Part shown: piece after piece, positions 35,869 through 48,152 of the stretch | Layout of the letters: each line of letters opens with the position of its first letter | Numbering within the stretch: position 1 is the first letter of the stretch | From: Amphiscolops sp. MND2022 | Taxonomy: Eukaryota | NCBI GenBank assembly: GCA_964187785.1 | Contig: OZ076409.1 | Location: 14,820,001 to 14,884,000 of the forward strand | Reading direction: 5' to 3' | DNA length: 64,000 bases | Translations under genes and position numbers: made by a program | Notes under the pieces: model-generated | Database searches by the model: none | The model's input: only the letters and a program-made list of their open reading frames with translations | Told to the model about the DNA's origin: nothing

Positions 35869-36467
35869 ATGGTGTACATCATAGGCGCAAGCGGACTCGC
35901 TGGATTGTTTCGAAAATTTTCCTATGCAGAAAAACGCCGGTACGGGCCAAAGATCTTCGCTGTGGGTGGCTTGAGTTTTAATCCAAAAGCAAACAACAGG
36001 TTGAAAATCTTACAAAATTTGCTTGGCAAGGTCCCCTGCGAGGTAGGCGGGACATTGTGAATTGACACGGGGTCATTAGCAACACTGTCGCTGCACATTC
36101 AACCAACAATTTCCAACCCTGTTCGGCCGAGGATCTTTTGCCCATACTTGCTGAGTTTAAAGACCGCATTGCGGCAATTTTATACCTGCAACGCACTAGT
36201 GAAAGGATAAACATCGTTCGAAAACTCTTCCAAAGTAAAATTTTGATTTTCGACGTTCGCAGACACCTGATATCCCGCCTCAAAAGGCAAAATAGTTCTG
36301 TCCAGGCCAATTTGGGGCAATTTTATCCTAGTGTACGTTGCGAAAAACGTCTTTTTGAAACAATCCTTCGCCATCAAAATAACCTTAAAAGTCTTCTCCA
36401 GTTCAGAGCAAAAACCAAACGCCTTTCAAAGGAGAGAAGAGCGAGACTGAAATCCAAAGTCTTGTAG
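35869..36467 (+). pseudogene. Accessory ORF of about 199 codons upstream of BEL gag, SGNH-hydrolase-like
   Basis: MVYIIGASGL...AVGGLSF, a frameshift near 36031, then RDIVN*HGVISNT...IAAILYLQR...ILIFDV...LGQFYPS and a basic tail. Confidence 0.55.
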
Positions 36468-36764
36468 AAAATAACTCACCTTTTGATAAGAGCGAATTAT
36501 CGATCCAGCCCGTTTTTTTTGTTTTTCTAGCGCCTTTCTATCTCTTGGTTGATTTCTGCCCCAACTCATTGGACACTAGACCGCCTAAGATGGTCGTGGC
36601 CTACCGAGTTGGGACTTGAGAATCATTACCTCCGCCCCTCGCAGTTTCGTTTTGGCTAGGTTCTCTCTACTCAACGGACAACAGACCGCTTAAGACGGTT
36701 GTGGCCTACTGAGTTGAGAGTCCTCGTTTTTTGCTCTTTTTTCGACTTTTTTTTGAAGCAAAAA

Positions 36765-39700
36765 ATGGAAGCGTGTGGTTCTAAACCGGAATCATTGCTT
36801 GAAACAGCTTCCAGGCTGTTCAAATCCTGTAATAGATTTGAGAATGAGCTCAGAAATACATATGAAGATCTCGAATCTGTGCTCACCTCTGATACCAAAC
36901 GAAAAACGAAGGTCGAAAGCCTTTTAGGACGCGCCGAAGAGAAGTTGCAAAAAGCTATTGCTCTTAACAACCTACTGAGAGACCTTGCCCCAAACACTAA
37001 TGATCGTCAGAAAACTATCGAAGACCTAGACCAATGGCTCCAAAATGCAATGGCTTGTCACGACAAAACCACGACAAGGGCTCGGGATTATTTGGACGGC
37101 ACTAGCGATAAGGCCACGGAAGATGCGGAATCTGTTCCGTCCCATAAAAGCATTGACTCACGCTCGCATAAAAGTTCACAACCTTCTTCACGAGCTGCTT
37201 CCATGACTTCTAGCCAACGGCGACGCGCCCTGGAGGCTACTAAGTTACGAGCTCAAAAAGCCGAACGTCAAACTGCAGCTGCGATGCAACTTGAAAAGGA
37301 CCGCTTCGACCTAAGACTGAAAGAAATTGCTGAAGAAAAACGCCGCAAATTGAATGAGCTAAAAATAGACGAAATGGAGTTAGCAGGTGATTCAAGTGTT
37401 GCAAATGATGTAAATTTGGCGCCTTTAGGTGTCAACGATGAGGATGGTGGCACTGGTAAGCTAACTGCGGTTTGGGTGCACTCGATCGTGAATCAGACCG
37501 AACGGGAGATGGGCGTTCCTCTCCCAACTGATGTCGTTTCCCCAGCGAGCCGTGCCTTAGACCAGGCTACCAGCTCTATCCTCGACAATGTGAAATCCAC
37601 TACTCACATTGAAGATAACCTGAATCAGTTTGCAGACAACGCGGCGACCGACCAATCCAATGTTATCGACAACACCATTGTGCCGTCACTTCAGCAACAC
37701 TTGAACTTTAACTCCGAAGCCGTGGCAGAACTGCGACCCAACGTCTTTGGTCCGACTGTCATCTCCACTTCGCATTCGCAACAACGTCCTATTTTTAATG
37801 GACAGTCTTCTCTTCTGACTAATTCGTTCGTTCCAAAAATGTCTCTTTGGGTGAATAACCATGCAGCCGCTACGACGTCCTCGTCTCTTACAACTACGCG
37901 GCCTGCTACAATCTTTACTGCTTGTATAAACACGAACGTCGTGTCAACAACTTCAGTTATTCCGCCGCGTGCACATGGTTCTGTTCATTATGAGAGCTCG
38001 CCCTTTCCCACACAAACGCTCATCTTACCGAATACTGGGCCAATATCCGCGCCAACAGGTCACCTTACTCCTTTCGCTGCCTCAACAATTAACATCGCTC
38101 AGCCCGGAGTCACAATGCAAAACTTAGTCGGAGCCTTGAAATCGAACCGCAAGGGCCTTTCCCGGAGTGGACACTTTCCAAGTATGACGGAGACCCGTTG
38201 TCATGGCATGAGTGGTCGGGTCAATTCAAGAGTGCGATCGACTCAGCTAACTTGACGGAGGACGAGAAACTCACCTATCTGAAGACTCTTGTGACTGGTA
38301 AAGCCAAATTAGCCATCGCTGACGTTGCGTACTCCGGACGGTTCTATAGAGATAGTCTGAAAACGTTAGAACGCAAATTTGGCCAGCCACGAGCAGACGT
38401 GGGTGCCTATTTTGATAAGTTAGCTAGTTACACACCTGTCAAAATACATAGTTTCGAACAAATAATTGATTTCGCGAATTTCATTGCAAGTATTATAGGT
38501 GTTTTCCGTTCACTGAACTACGAAAATGACTTGAGAGGAGCTGCTATGTTGAACCAAGCTGTTTACAAACTACCACCAAATCTTCGTGAGCAATTGTCCA
38601 TGCACACAGTAGTAAAAGACATGCTGCGACCTACGCTTATCGACTTTAACGATTGGCTCAAACGAAAAGCAGAAACCCATGAGCGAATGAACGTCTCAGG
38701 AACAAGCAAGCCAAAAGCCGAAGAAAGCAAAGTCAAAAGTAACAGTAAGTCCTTTTCCGCCACAGCAGCAGCTACCGGGTCCACTTTGTCCACTACTCCC
38801 AGGCATGCGCGACGGACCAACCCGGAAAGTGAATTTTTGCCCTGCCCGTGTTGCAAAAGCAAGCACCCATTGTGGAACTGTGATGAATTTAAGACGAAAA
38901 CACCTACACAGCGCGCGAAACTCGCCGCTGATAACAATTTCTGCTTTCGATGCGTGAATGGTGTACATAGAGCCAGTGAATGCGACAAGGACATACACTG
39001 TACATCTCCAGACTGTCAAAATCCACGGCAGCATAATACTTTGTTGCACGGCGCAAGTCGCATCTTCCCATTGCGTCAGAAAAAGTCTTCTTCACCGAAG
39101 TCGAATAAAACAGCTAGCGCTACTGTCTCGAGCGGTAGTAAGTCTACCTGTAGTTATGCCGCAACGGATATCGACACAAGGGGTCTTATACCTGTCGTTT
39201 TGGTGAACTTCTCCAATCGTTGTGGATCTGCGGAAGTCTTAGCTTTGTGTGATACTGGGAGCGTTTACTCTTGGGTATCTGACAAGCTAGCCAAATCATT
39301 GTCTCTCACCGGCTCTCCCTCGAAGGTTGCCCTCAGTGCCATTTTATCCAATCAAGAAGTCATAACCGAACGTGTTGAAGTTGTAGTTTCGTCCCTGTAT
39401 GCCGATCCTCCCTTTTCATTTGACCTTAAACCATTCACAAAATCTTTGACACTCGGAAAGGAGCTCATTGACATACTGGAACTACAAACGCAACATCCGC
39501 ATCTCGCTCCCATCCCTCCCATCGTTTATAATTACTCCGATATTCAGCTCATTATTGGTCAAGACGCGTATTACGCTATTCACCCAATTATTGCCTTCAA
39601 GGGTGACCCCATGAATGACCCGTGGGCTGTTCAGCTGCCGTTAGGGTGGGCTCTATGTGGTGCAACACCTGAGCGAACGTCCGCTTCGTTGTCTCCACGT

Positions 39701-42700
39701 GTTTTAAGGCTACTGTAGAAGATCTCTCATTGGCGGAACAGGTGAAAGCGTGGTATGACCTGGAATCTTATGAATCTTATGGTTCCTGCGTCCAAGCCGA
39801 TCCTCGCTCTGCTGCGGACAAGCGTGCAAACAAAATCCTCGAGGCAACCACCGTGCACGATGGAGAGCGATACTCAGTCGGCATGCCCTGGGCGACAGAC
39901 AACGTTTCGCTGCCTAACAATTACTACACTTCACTGGTCCAGCTGAAATCACTTGAACGGAGACTGGAAAAAAACCCAGAACTCAAATCAAATTATATCA
40001 ACACTGTCCACGATGATCTTCAAAAGGGTTGTGTGATCCCCGTTGGTGAGTTTAACCCCGAATGCCGTTCCTCACGAGATTGGTATTTGCCACATCACCC
40101 CATGGTAAACCCGAACAATCCGGGGAAAGTTCGACGGGTACTAAACGGGGCGTCAAAGTTTCATGGCAAGTCGCTGAATAGTTGCCTGTTAACAGGCCCT
40201 GATCTCTTGCAAGACCTGTTAAACGTCCTCCTTCGCTTCCGACAGTATCAGTATGCAGTTTCAGCAGATATTGAAGGAATGTTCCTTCAGGTCGGTGTGC
40301 CTCCTCCAGATCAAACAAGCTTGCGTTTTTTGTGGCGGGAGGACCCCACACAGAATGTGGAGACACTCCAGTACACGAGACACATTTTTGAAGCGAGAGA
40401 CTCGCCGACGTGCGCTAACTTTGCGCTTCAACAAACAGCTAGAGACAATGAAGCCACTTATCCTCTTGCCGCAAAAGCCGTCCAACAGAAGTTCTATACG
40501 GACGACTACCTCGACTCTGTTGAGTGTCCTGAAACTGCTTTGAAACTGAGTCAAGAGCTAATTGAAATGCTCAAACTAGGGGGCTTCAAGTTAACAAAGT
40601 TCATTAGTAACGTAAACGATTTATCCGAAACACTTGAACCGTCCGTTCCTGTCCCACAAGTTAAAGAATCAGTCCAACACCCAACGATCACGTCGCATGT
40701 TTTAGGTCTCAGATGGGATCACAAAGCTGACACTTTGAATGTGAGCCGAGGCGTTAAGTTGAAGGAAAATCGACCCAACACACAACGCACTGTGTTGAGC
40801 ACGGTCTCTGCCGTTTTCGATCCGCTGGGAATTGTCGCACCCTTTACCGTCGTTGCTCGCGTGCTCTTGAAAGATATTTGGAAAATCAAAGGGCAACAGT
40901 GGGACGATCCACTGCCCGAAGACCTCTCTCGCCGATTTAATGTTTGGTGTTCCGGACTACCGTAGCTTCAAGACTTAACAATCCCTCGCGCATATTTCTC
41001 TAGCCCAGTCGAAGAAATTGAGCTGCATTTGTTCGGTGACTGCTCCAAGGACATATTCTGCGCTGTAGGCTTCCTTCGAGCTAAGTGTCAAGGTTCAAAT
41101 ATTGCGCATTTGTCATTCGTAGTAGGCAAAGCACGTGTTGCGCCTATGAAACCAATAACAATTCCTAAACTCGAGTTGCAAGCTGCGCTCCTCGCTGCAC
41201 ACTTACGTCAGAAAATCCTCGGTGCAATAACTTTTGATGTGCCACAGTCTTTCATGTGGACTGATAGCAGCACAGTGCTTCAATGGCTTGCTTCGGCAGA
41301 TAAACAGCCTGTTTTGTTGCGAACCGCGTAGCGGAAATTTTGGAAACCACGACAATCGACCAATGGTTTCACGTTCCTACTGCTAATAACCCTGCAGATG
41401 CTGGAACGCGCGGACTCGCTGCAGCAGATCTTCCAAGTTTTTGTTGGGTGAAAGGGCCTAATTTCCTTAGAACATCCGACTGGCCGTTTGAACCGGAACC
41501 ATCTGCCATTTACACTATTAAACCAACGGAAACGTGTGCAACTGACGAATTACAGTCCAACTCGCTGGCAGCAGCGTCGCCGCCTAACTCCTCCGTCATA
41601 GCTTGGAGTAACTATAGTTCTTATCGCAAGCTAATCCGAATTGTCGCTTACCTTCTTCGGCTTTCGCCTCGTTACCGCCATTTTCGTTCCATTAATGGCA
41701 AAATTGAGGACCCGAGCGAGTTGGAGAATGCCGAAACGAAACTACTTTACTTGTTGCAAGTAGAGTCTTTTTCTAACGATCTTCTTGCCGCCAAAGGACA
41801 AAAGTCCGGCAAACTCCGTCTCCTATCATATTCCCCTTTCATTGGACCCTGATAAGTTGCTACGTTCACAGAGCCGACTGCGGCGTCTTTCAGACGTTGG
41901 GTACGACACCAAACACCCCGTAATACTTGATGGCAAACATCCTTTCGTCAAGTTAATGCTGATACATCTGCATCAAATGTACCATCACCTGGGCTTTGAC
42001 TACGTAAGAGCCCAAGTGGGCCATAAGTACATCATTCTGAAGAACCGCTCCATCCTCCGAACCATCCGCTACCAATGTATTCCTTGTCGAAAACGTGACG
42101 CCGTAATCGTAAACCCCATGATGGCAGACTTACCGAAAGAAAGGCTTGGTTATCTGGAACCACCCTTCAGTAACTGCGGGGTGGATTACTTTGGCCCTTT
42201 CTTTGTTTCTATTCGGCGCAGCTCGGAGAAAAGATGGGTGTTCCTGTTTACGTGTCTCACCACCCGAGCAATACACCTGGAAATAGTTAGTTCAATGGAC
42301 ACCAGTGCGTGCGTTGCCGGAATTGAACGCTTCATAGCTCGGCGAGGAATGCCCAATGTAATATGGTCCGACAATGGAACTAATTTTATCGGGTCCGAAA
42401 AAGAGCTCCTCGAGGTCACCCGTCGTTGGAATGACTACGCGCCAGCGGCACTCGTGTGTAAGGGTAATCGGTGGAAGTTCAATCCGCCCAGCGCCCCGCA
42501 TCATGGTGGGTCCTGGGAAAGAATGGTCCGGAGTTGCAAGAGAGTTTTCTACAGTATCCTCGGGAACCGTAGAATGACAGATGAGACTCTGAACACAACC
42601 TTTTGCCTGGTCGAACAAGCACTGAATAATCGCCCGCTGACGCCCGTTAGTGACGACCCGAACGAATTGGAAGCGCTAACGCCTAATCACTTCCTTTTAG

Positions 42701-43116
42701 GCCGATCATTCCAAGCATTACCAAGTCTAGTTCCGGGAGATGAACCAGATCTCCTCCGACGGTACACTAAAGCCCAAGCCTATGCCAACGCAATATGGGT
42801 TAGGTCGATGAAAGAATACGTACCATCGTTGCATAAGCGTGGTAAGTAGAACAAGAACTCTGATATCAGCCTGGAATCAGGGGACCTCGTGTGGGTTGTC
42901 GACAGTGCAAACCCACGAGGCTGTTATCCACTCGCTCGCACAACATCGTTGCGTTATGGAGCCGATTCCGTGTCCCGCTCCGCCGAGCTGCGAACTTCTA
43001 CCGGTTCACTTTTTCGTCCGCTGATCAAACTTCCTCCTGTCTTCGGGCCAACATCTTCGTTGGGGGCGGAGGATGTTGTTGACAAACAACATAAGCAAGT
43101 GACAACTAATGATTGA
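36765..43116 (+). pseudogene. BEL gag-pol polyprotein with several frameshifts and stops
   Basis: KLTYLKTLVTGKAK; three zinc knuckles (CPCCKSKHPLWNC, CFRCVNGVHRASEC, CTSPDC..HNTLLH); protease ALCDTGS; WYLPHHP, SLNSCLLTGPDL, ADIEGMFLQV, FYTDD; TIPKLELQAA; NPADAGTRG; integrase GVDYFGP, SDNGTNF, GGSWERMV, LTPNHFL. Confidence 0.95.
43062..43073 (+). promoter_or_regulatory. Polypurine tract
   Basis: GGGGGCGGAGGA immediately before the 3' LTR. Confidence 0.85.
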
Positions 43117-43373
43117 CAGCTCTTTTAGAGTATGAAACCCCTAAAACTAATATGATTGACAACAACTTTGACCTCTAACATAACAGGCTGGTATTTTCGC
43201 GTCTGGTTCGGACTCTGTTCAATAATAAAGCACTAAAAATCCTTTCATACGGAAATTGTAAACCTCATGTGCAGTAAAAACATACATGAAAACGATCGCT
43301 ATTTCTTTTGACATCATTAAAGCTTCAATATAATTCTTCGAGTTTTTTCTCCTTTTTACTGTCGTCAGTAAAA
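43074..43373 (+). repeat. BEL 3' LTR
   Basis: Direct repeat of 35044-35343, followed by TSD ACGGT. Confidence 0.95.
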
Positions 43374-43869
43374 ACGGTAGAAGACGTTCATCTCATTAGA
43401 AGCAAAGCAGAAATTCATAGCCTCAAGCTTAATGATCATAACCAATATTGACACTAGTTCCTCAGTGACATTTGGCTCGGCTTAAGTTTGGAAGAAAGTT
43501 GTCTCGACAACACTGAACACTATCCCCAGTAAAATTGAAGCATACAATGGACACATAAAGCAGTAACTTGGTCATCTAAGGTGTGCGATCACATTGGGAA
43601 AAAATCTTTGCGTTGACGTTGCAGTTCTTGAGTTCGACAAAAGTCGGACTGATCGACAGAGACGTGAACCCAGATGATAATATTCACAATGCTTCTAAGA
43701 TGTCTGATGTAAAGGTCCTGCCCGACATCTGGGAAGTTAAGGCTTTTGTCAAGCTGAAGCTTGATTGACGCAGACTCACTTGTTTGTCTTCTGTTCCATT
43801 TGCCATGGAAGCCCCGATCATGACAGTATTGGTGAAATTTCAAGCACAGGGAAGCATTGCCCCGGTAGA

Positions 43870-43990
43870 ACCATGAGTAGTCATGAGTGCATCGCCAGTC
43901 GTGTTCCAAAAGAAGAAAACCGGATCCCGTAGGGTTTGTGTAGGTTTCAAAGATTGCCCGCTTCCCGATCCGACAATCTCAAAGAATAAC
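43870..43990 (+). pseudogene. Ty3/Gypsy reverse-transcriptase relic
   Basis: SASPVVFQKKKTGSRRVCVGF..CPLP matches the WASPVV.VKKK.G..R.CVD...YPLP pattern. Confidence 0.6.
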
Positions 43991-44304
43991 AAATGCATCC
44001 GCAGTCCTTCAATGAACATTCGAGAACATCATTCAAATCGCAGAGTGTTTGGTCTTTCGTGCTAGAATTCACACTGGGATACCCGAATCTGTGCGATACC
44101 CGCTACTAGCGATACCCGAATGTGTGCTTCATGAGTGGGTTAAGATTGGCAAGGCGTGGGAAGCAAACTGAACTTTTGTTGCAAGAGAGACCGTGTAAAC
44201 AGTCGCTTTCGACTTTTTTAGCGTCATTTGTGAGCTACACAGACGTTTGCTCCAAGGCGCTGACCAATAGAAATCGTTACCTGATGAATAGCAAGCTTTA
44301 CGCC

Positions 44305-44794
44305 CAGGTTTTGTTAGGGAACGCTGAACCATTGCAACTTGAAAACGCCTGGATGAGTGTTGGAAGTTTTTTGTCCATTTTTGCTATAAAAATGAAAGAT
44401 AACTCTTGAACATCGGTTGGTTCCGTATTGTCTTGATCCCATCGATTGGAATCTTTTGTTTCTTGGTAATACCAAATACTTCTAAATCGCTCTAGTGAAC
44501 GTAAAAAATTTCCAGAACGTTTCCCAGAACTAAAATAAGTTTCCCAAAACGTAGCTGTTAGGAAAACACTCGTGCCGAAAGCAGAAGTCAAAAAGACAAG
44601 AAGTGCTAACAATGACCAAGATGACATCCCTAGATCTTCCAATTCCGACGACAGGTTTCGTTAGTGAACGTTGAACCATTGCATTTTGAAAACGCCTGGA
44701 TGAGTGTTGGAAGTTTTTTGTCCATTTTTGCTATAAAAATGAGAGATTACTCTTGAACATCGGTTGTCTCCGTTTTGTATTGATCCCATCGATT
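44305..44794 (+). repeat. Pair of 143-bp direct repeats (44305-44447 and 44652-44794)
   Basis: Shared GAAAACGCCTGGATGAGTGTTGGAAGTTTTTTGTCCATTTTTGCTATAAAAATGA core; offset 347. Confidence 0.9.
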
Positions 44795-46849
44795 TTTCTG
44801 CATCATCATGGCATTTCAGCTGAATACAAGCTATTCTCTCAGAAGACTTGTTTCATTTTCGCGTCGTTCACCGATCTCGACCTTTTTGTTCTCGTAATGC
44901 TTGTTTCTGTTCCGTAGTGGTGATTTGGATGTTGGCATTTTTTGTTTAACTCATAGAAGAAGAATAAGTTTGTTGCAGCCGGGTCCAAATCTCTGCGCTG
45001 AATACACGAAGTCACAGGCATCAATTGAGTAAAATCTTCAGCCATTCGACCAACTAGAGCTTTTACGCAATGCCAGCAAAAGTTCAACTTTGTTACCATA
45101 GCCCTTGAAAGTAACAAACAGTGATAAGGGTTTTCAGGTTTTGATACCTTGCTATCCTATTGTAGGTACTCGTAAGCTGTCCAGGCTTTTGCCGTATAAC
45201 TACAATGTGTCTGTCAACAATTGGATTTGACTACCAGATCCAAGCTCTGTTTCATCTGCAGAGGACTGAAGGAAAGCAAAAAACAATTCGTATTTTTTTT
45301 GTTTCGTGTGTTCAACAAAATCACAAGCCGTGTAAAGCAATTTCAAACTTTTCCGAGAGCGATTTAGAGATTTCATTCACTTCATCAGAGTAATCGTCGC
45401 AATGGGCTACAGTGTCGAGTATTTCTGAGTTGTGCAGGCTCGAAAAACGAAAATTTGAGCCTCTCAGTACTGCACTCCTTTGTGTGGCTCGATCCTGTAA
45501 TATCGCTTTTTAATAAATGTTTTCCGTATTTGCACAGCCACATAATCGCGATCCTTTTCTTCTTTGCATCGTCCAGCACATGGTAGTGCTGAGACAGTGA
45601 TTAGGTTGCTTGGACCGGATAATGTAGTCGTTACACAATCCTAGGCACAAGTTTTTCACCCAAATGTGCTTACCTTAGAGACTTTTTGAACTTTGAGCAG
45701 ACACCTCGTTTATAGCTCCGCGGCGACATACTGACACACTCAAACTCAAAACACTTCCCATAAGCTTGTAAAAACGGGTTCCTTGAGACTTCGTACATGC
45801 CTCCGAACATACATGCCTCTTTGACTGATTCTGAGTACCCGCCACATTGTTTTCAGTATCCGCCAGAATATTTTGTGCGCAGTATTGCTTCATTTTTCGG
45901 AAGTGAAACCAGGTTTTGCCACCAGACTAGTGGACGTTAAAACGTTGTCCGAGCCGTTCTATGCCTTCCTCTGTAAACGAGAGTTAGCATTGAAGTTTTG
46001 ACCGTCATCATGTAAAGGTGCTGTTTCACCATCAACGCACTTCAAGAATATAGAACGTGCTGCCCGAAGTTTTGTACAAGCATAGCCGGCCGTCTTAGGT
46101 TGCTCATTTGAAATGGATTATAGCATTGAAATGGCTTTTTAAAAAATTGGATGTTTAGCATCATTTTGAAAATGTTTTTAACTTTTGAATTAGCAACGTG
46201 TTGTTGTAGTATTTTCGAGACCTTTTTGAGACAATAAGTTCCAGTTTTGTTAGAAATTCGGTCAGTTAAGCAGTTATTGGTTACAAAACTAGTTCCGTCG
46301 AGCGTTCATTAGCTTGGCATAAAGATGATGACAAAAATATATAAAGGTGCTAAACAATGAATTGGACTTCGAATGGTTGGATCGGCACCAAAGTGGGACT
46401 TACCCTGGTAGTTATGGCAACAAATTAAAACTACCATCGATGTCAAACACTCAGCTATTAGTTCTAGCATTACTGGTTAAAATGAAAAACATTTTACCAG
46501 CACCAGTTTCAATTTTTCGGTGATCAGACCAATTTCTGGTGGTCCATACTGGACAGTCCTTTGCGTTAACATTCAATTGTGTCTGCTTCCATCTCGGTAT
46601 TATGTTGCATGTTACAAAGGACTGCATGGCCCTCAGCGTGAGCTTCTTTTTAGTCGGAGCATTTTAGTAGAAAATGTGCCCGACTCTTACAGTGGGTAGT
46701 TTTTTAGACACGAAAGGTCCATTTTTTTGTTCAGTTCATTTGTTTAACAACTTTGGGGAGGTTCAAAACGCGGAGGTTCAAAACACTCGAAATCTCAGAA
46801 CCTTGTGCAAACCAAAATAAAAGAAACAAACGGACGTCCTTGAAAACAT

Positions 46850-47082
46850 AATAAGGGTCCAAAGTTAGACATTTCCAATTTTTTTCGGCACTATGAGACA
46901 TTTTTTCGAATTTTTATTGTTACTGGAAAAATTTTAAATGTCTCCAAAGAGATCCCCTTTTCATACTTTGGAACAAACTGGAGTTTCTAAAAGCCCAAAA
47001 GGTCCACCTTTTTACAATTTTCAAAACTTCGCGCTTTTTGAGTCTTAGATATAGCGCCGACTTTGGCCGTTCCCGGCTTGTT
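46850..47082 (-). mobile_element. AACAAG-headed interspersed repeat (same family as 18888)
   Basis: Ends TAGATATAGCGCCGACTTTGGCCGTTCCCGGCTTGTT. Confidence 0.6.
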
Positions 47083-47199
47083 TCTTTCGATCGAAGTGTC
47101 TGTCGATCTTTAGAGCTGTCGCAAAAGTTCTTGATGTGTCTTTCTGCGCACTAGTTGAATTTTTATGTTGCTTGAATTCGATCTTCCCAATCTGGCAAA

Positions 47200-47800
47200 A
47201 AGTGTGAACTAGTAGCAAGGATTGCAATGTCCTACTTTGCACTCTTACCATTACCTCTCGAGTGAGCTGTGATTGATCTATTAGGCGTTTTTTGTGAAAC
47301 TTCCATGCCATCTTGCGCAATCTCTGCTGTGAAGTTTGTTGCATTTTCCGACAGCACTCTACCAGGAGTGCCATATCTGGCAAACCATTTCTTAAAAAAA
47401 GATTTAGTTGTTGCATTGGCATCAAACTTGTCAAGACCACACGGCAATGCTTCAGCAAATTCGATGTCACGGATTTCAAGGATGAGTAGCAGTCCTGTGT
47501 GTCTTAATACTGACTTACATAGCTTCGAACGATCAATATGACTCAGTCATTAAAGTTGCTATTATTGATGCTTTACAGTTGTTAGCAGAGGTTCCAGGCG
47601 GGAAGTTTCGTCGGCTGACTAACCAAACAATCTTTGAGGTGAATCACTACACTCGCTAGACACTTGGTTATCTATGTGTCTCTTATATCCTTGCTAGTAC
47701 CTTTGCCAGCTCCTGATGTCCTGAATTGTCCGGTGTTCTTTTCAAGATTTCCTGTTATAGCTGCATCATGAATACAGTCGCACGTGCACTGGGTGCTGTT
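47200..47800 (-). pseudogene. Ty3/Gypsy integrase relic
   Basis: FAEALP...WFARYGTPGRVLSENATNFTAE...TAHSRGNG. Confidence 0.75.
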
Positions 47801-48152
47801 GAGGCGTCAAGGTCATGAAGAGGAAGTTAAATTTCCTTCTAATTGTTGTTTCGTCGTACAAAGTTGCAAATTTTTGTCGCCCTTGCAGTGCTAAGATGTT
47901 AACAACTTTGCTTTATTACGGAGTCTGCGCATAGCATATCGGTACCCTCCAAAATGAGAACGCCAGTAGCTTGTCGCTGGCGTTGCGAGTGTAGCCTGTT
48001 TAAAGCTGGGTCATATGTATAGGTGTCTAGATGTTTTGCTAGGTAAAATTTGGTCCATCGATTTCATTCAATTTAGGACTTGTTTACTTTCGGATTTGGA
48101 CTTTTTTGTATAATGGATAGAACTGGTAATTGTCCTCGAGCTCCCGGAAACT

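Larger units (their letters stand above)
35044..43373 (+). mobile_element. Full-length BEL/Pao LTR retrotransposon, inactivated
   Basis: Two 300-bp LTRs, 5-bp TSD ACGGT (35039-35043 and 43374-43378), PBS, PPT, domain order gag-PR-RT-RH-IN with BEL motifs. Confidence 0.97.

Noticed and set aside
44800..46100. Possible decayed coding sequence or transposase
   Set aside because: No recognisable motif or continuous frame by eye; needs a translated search.
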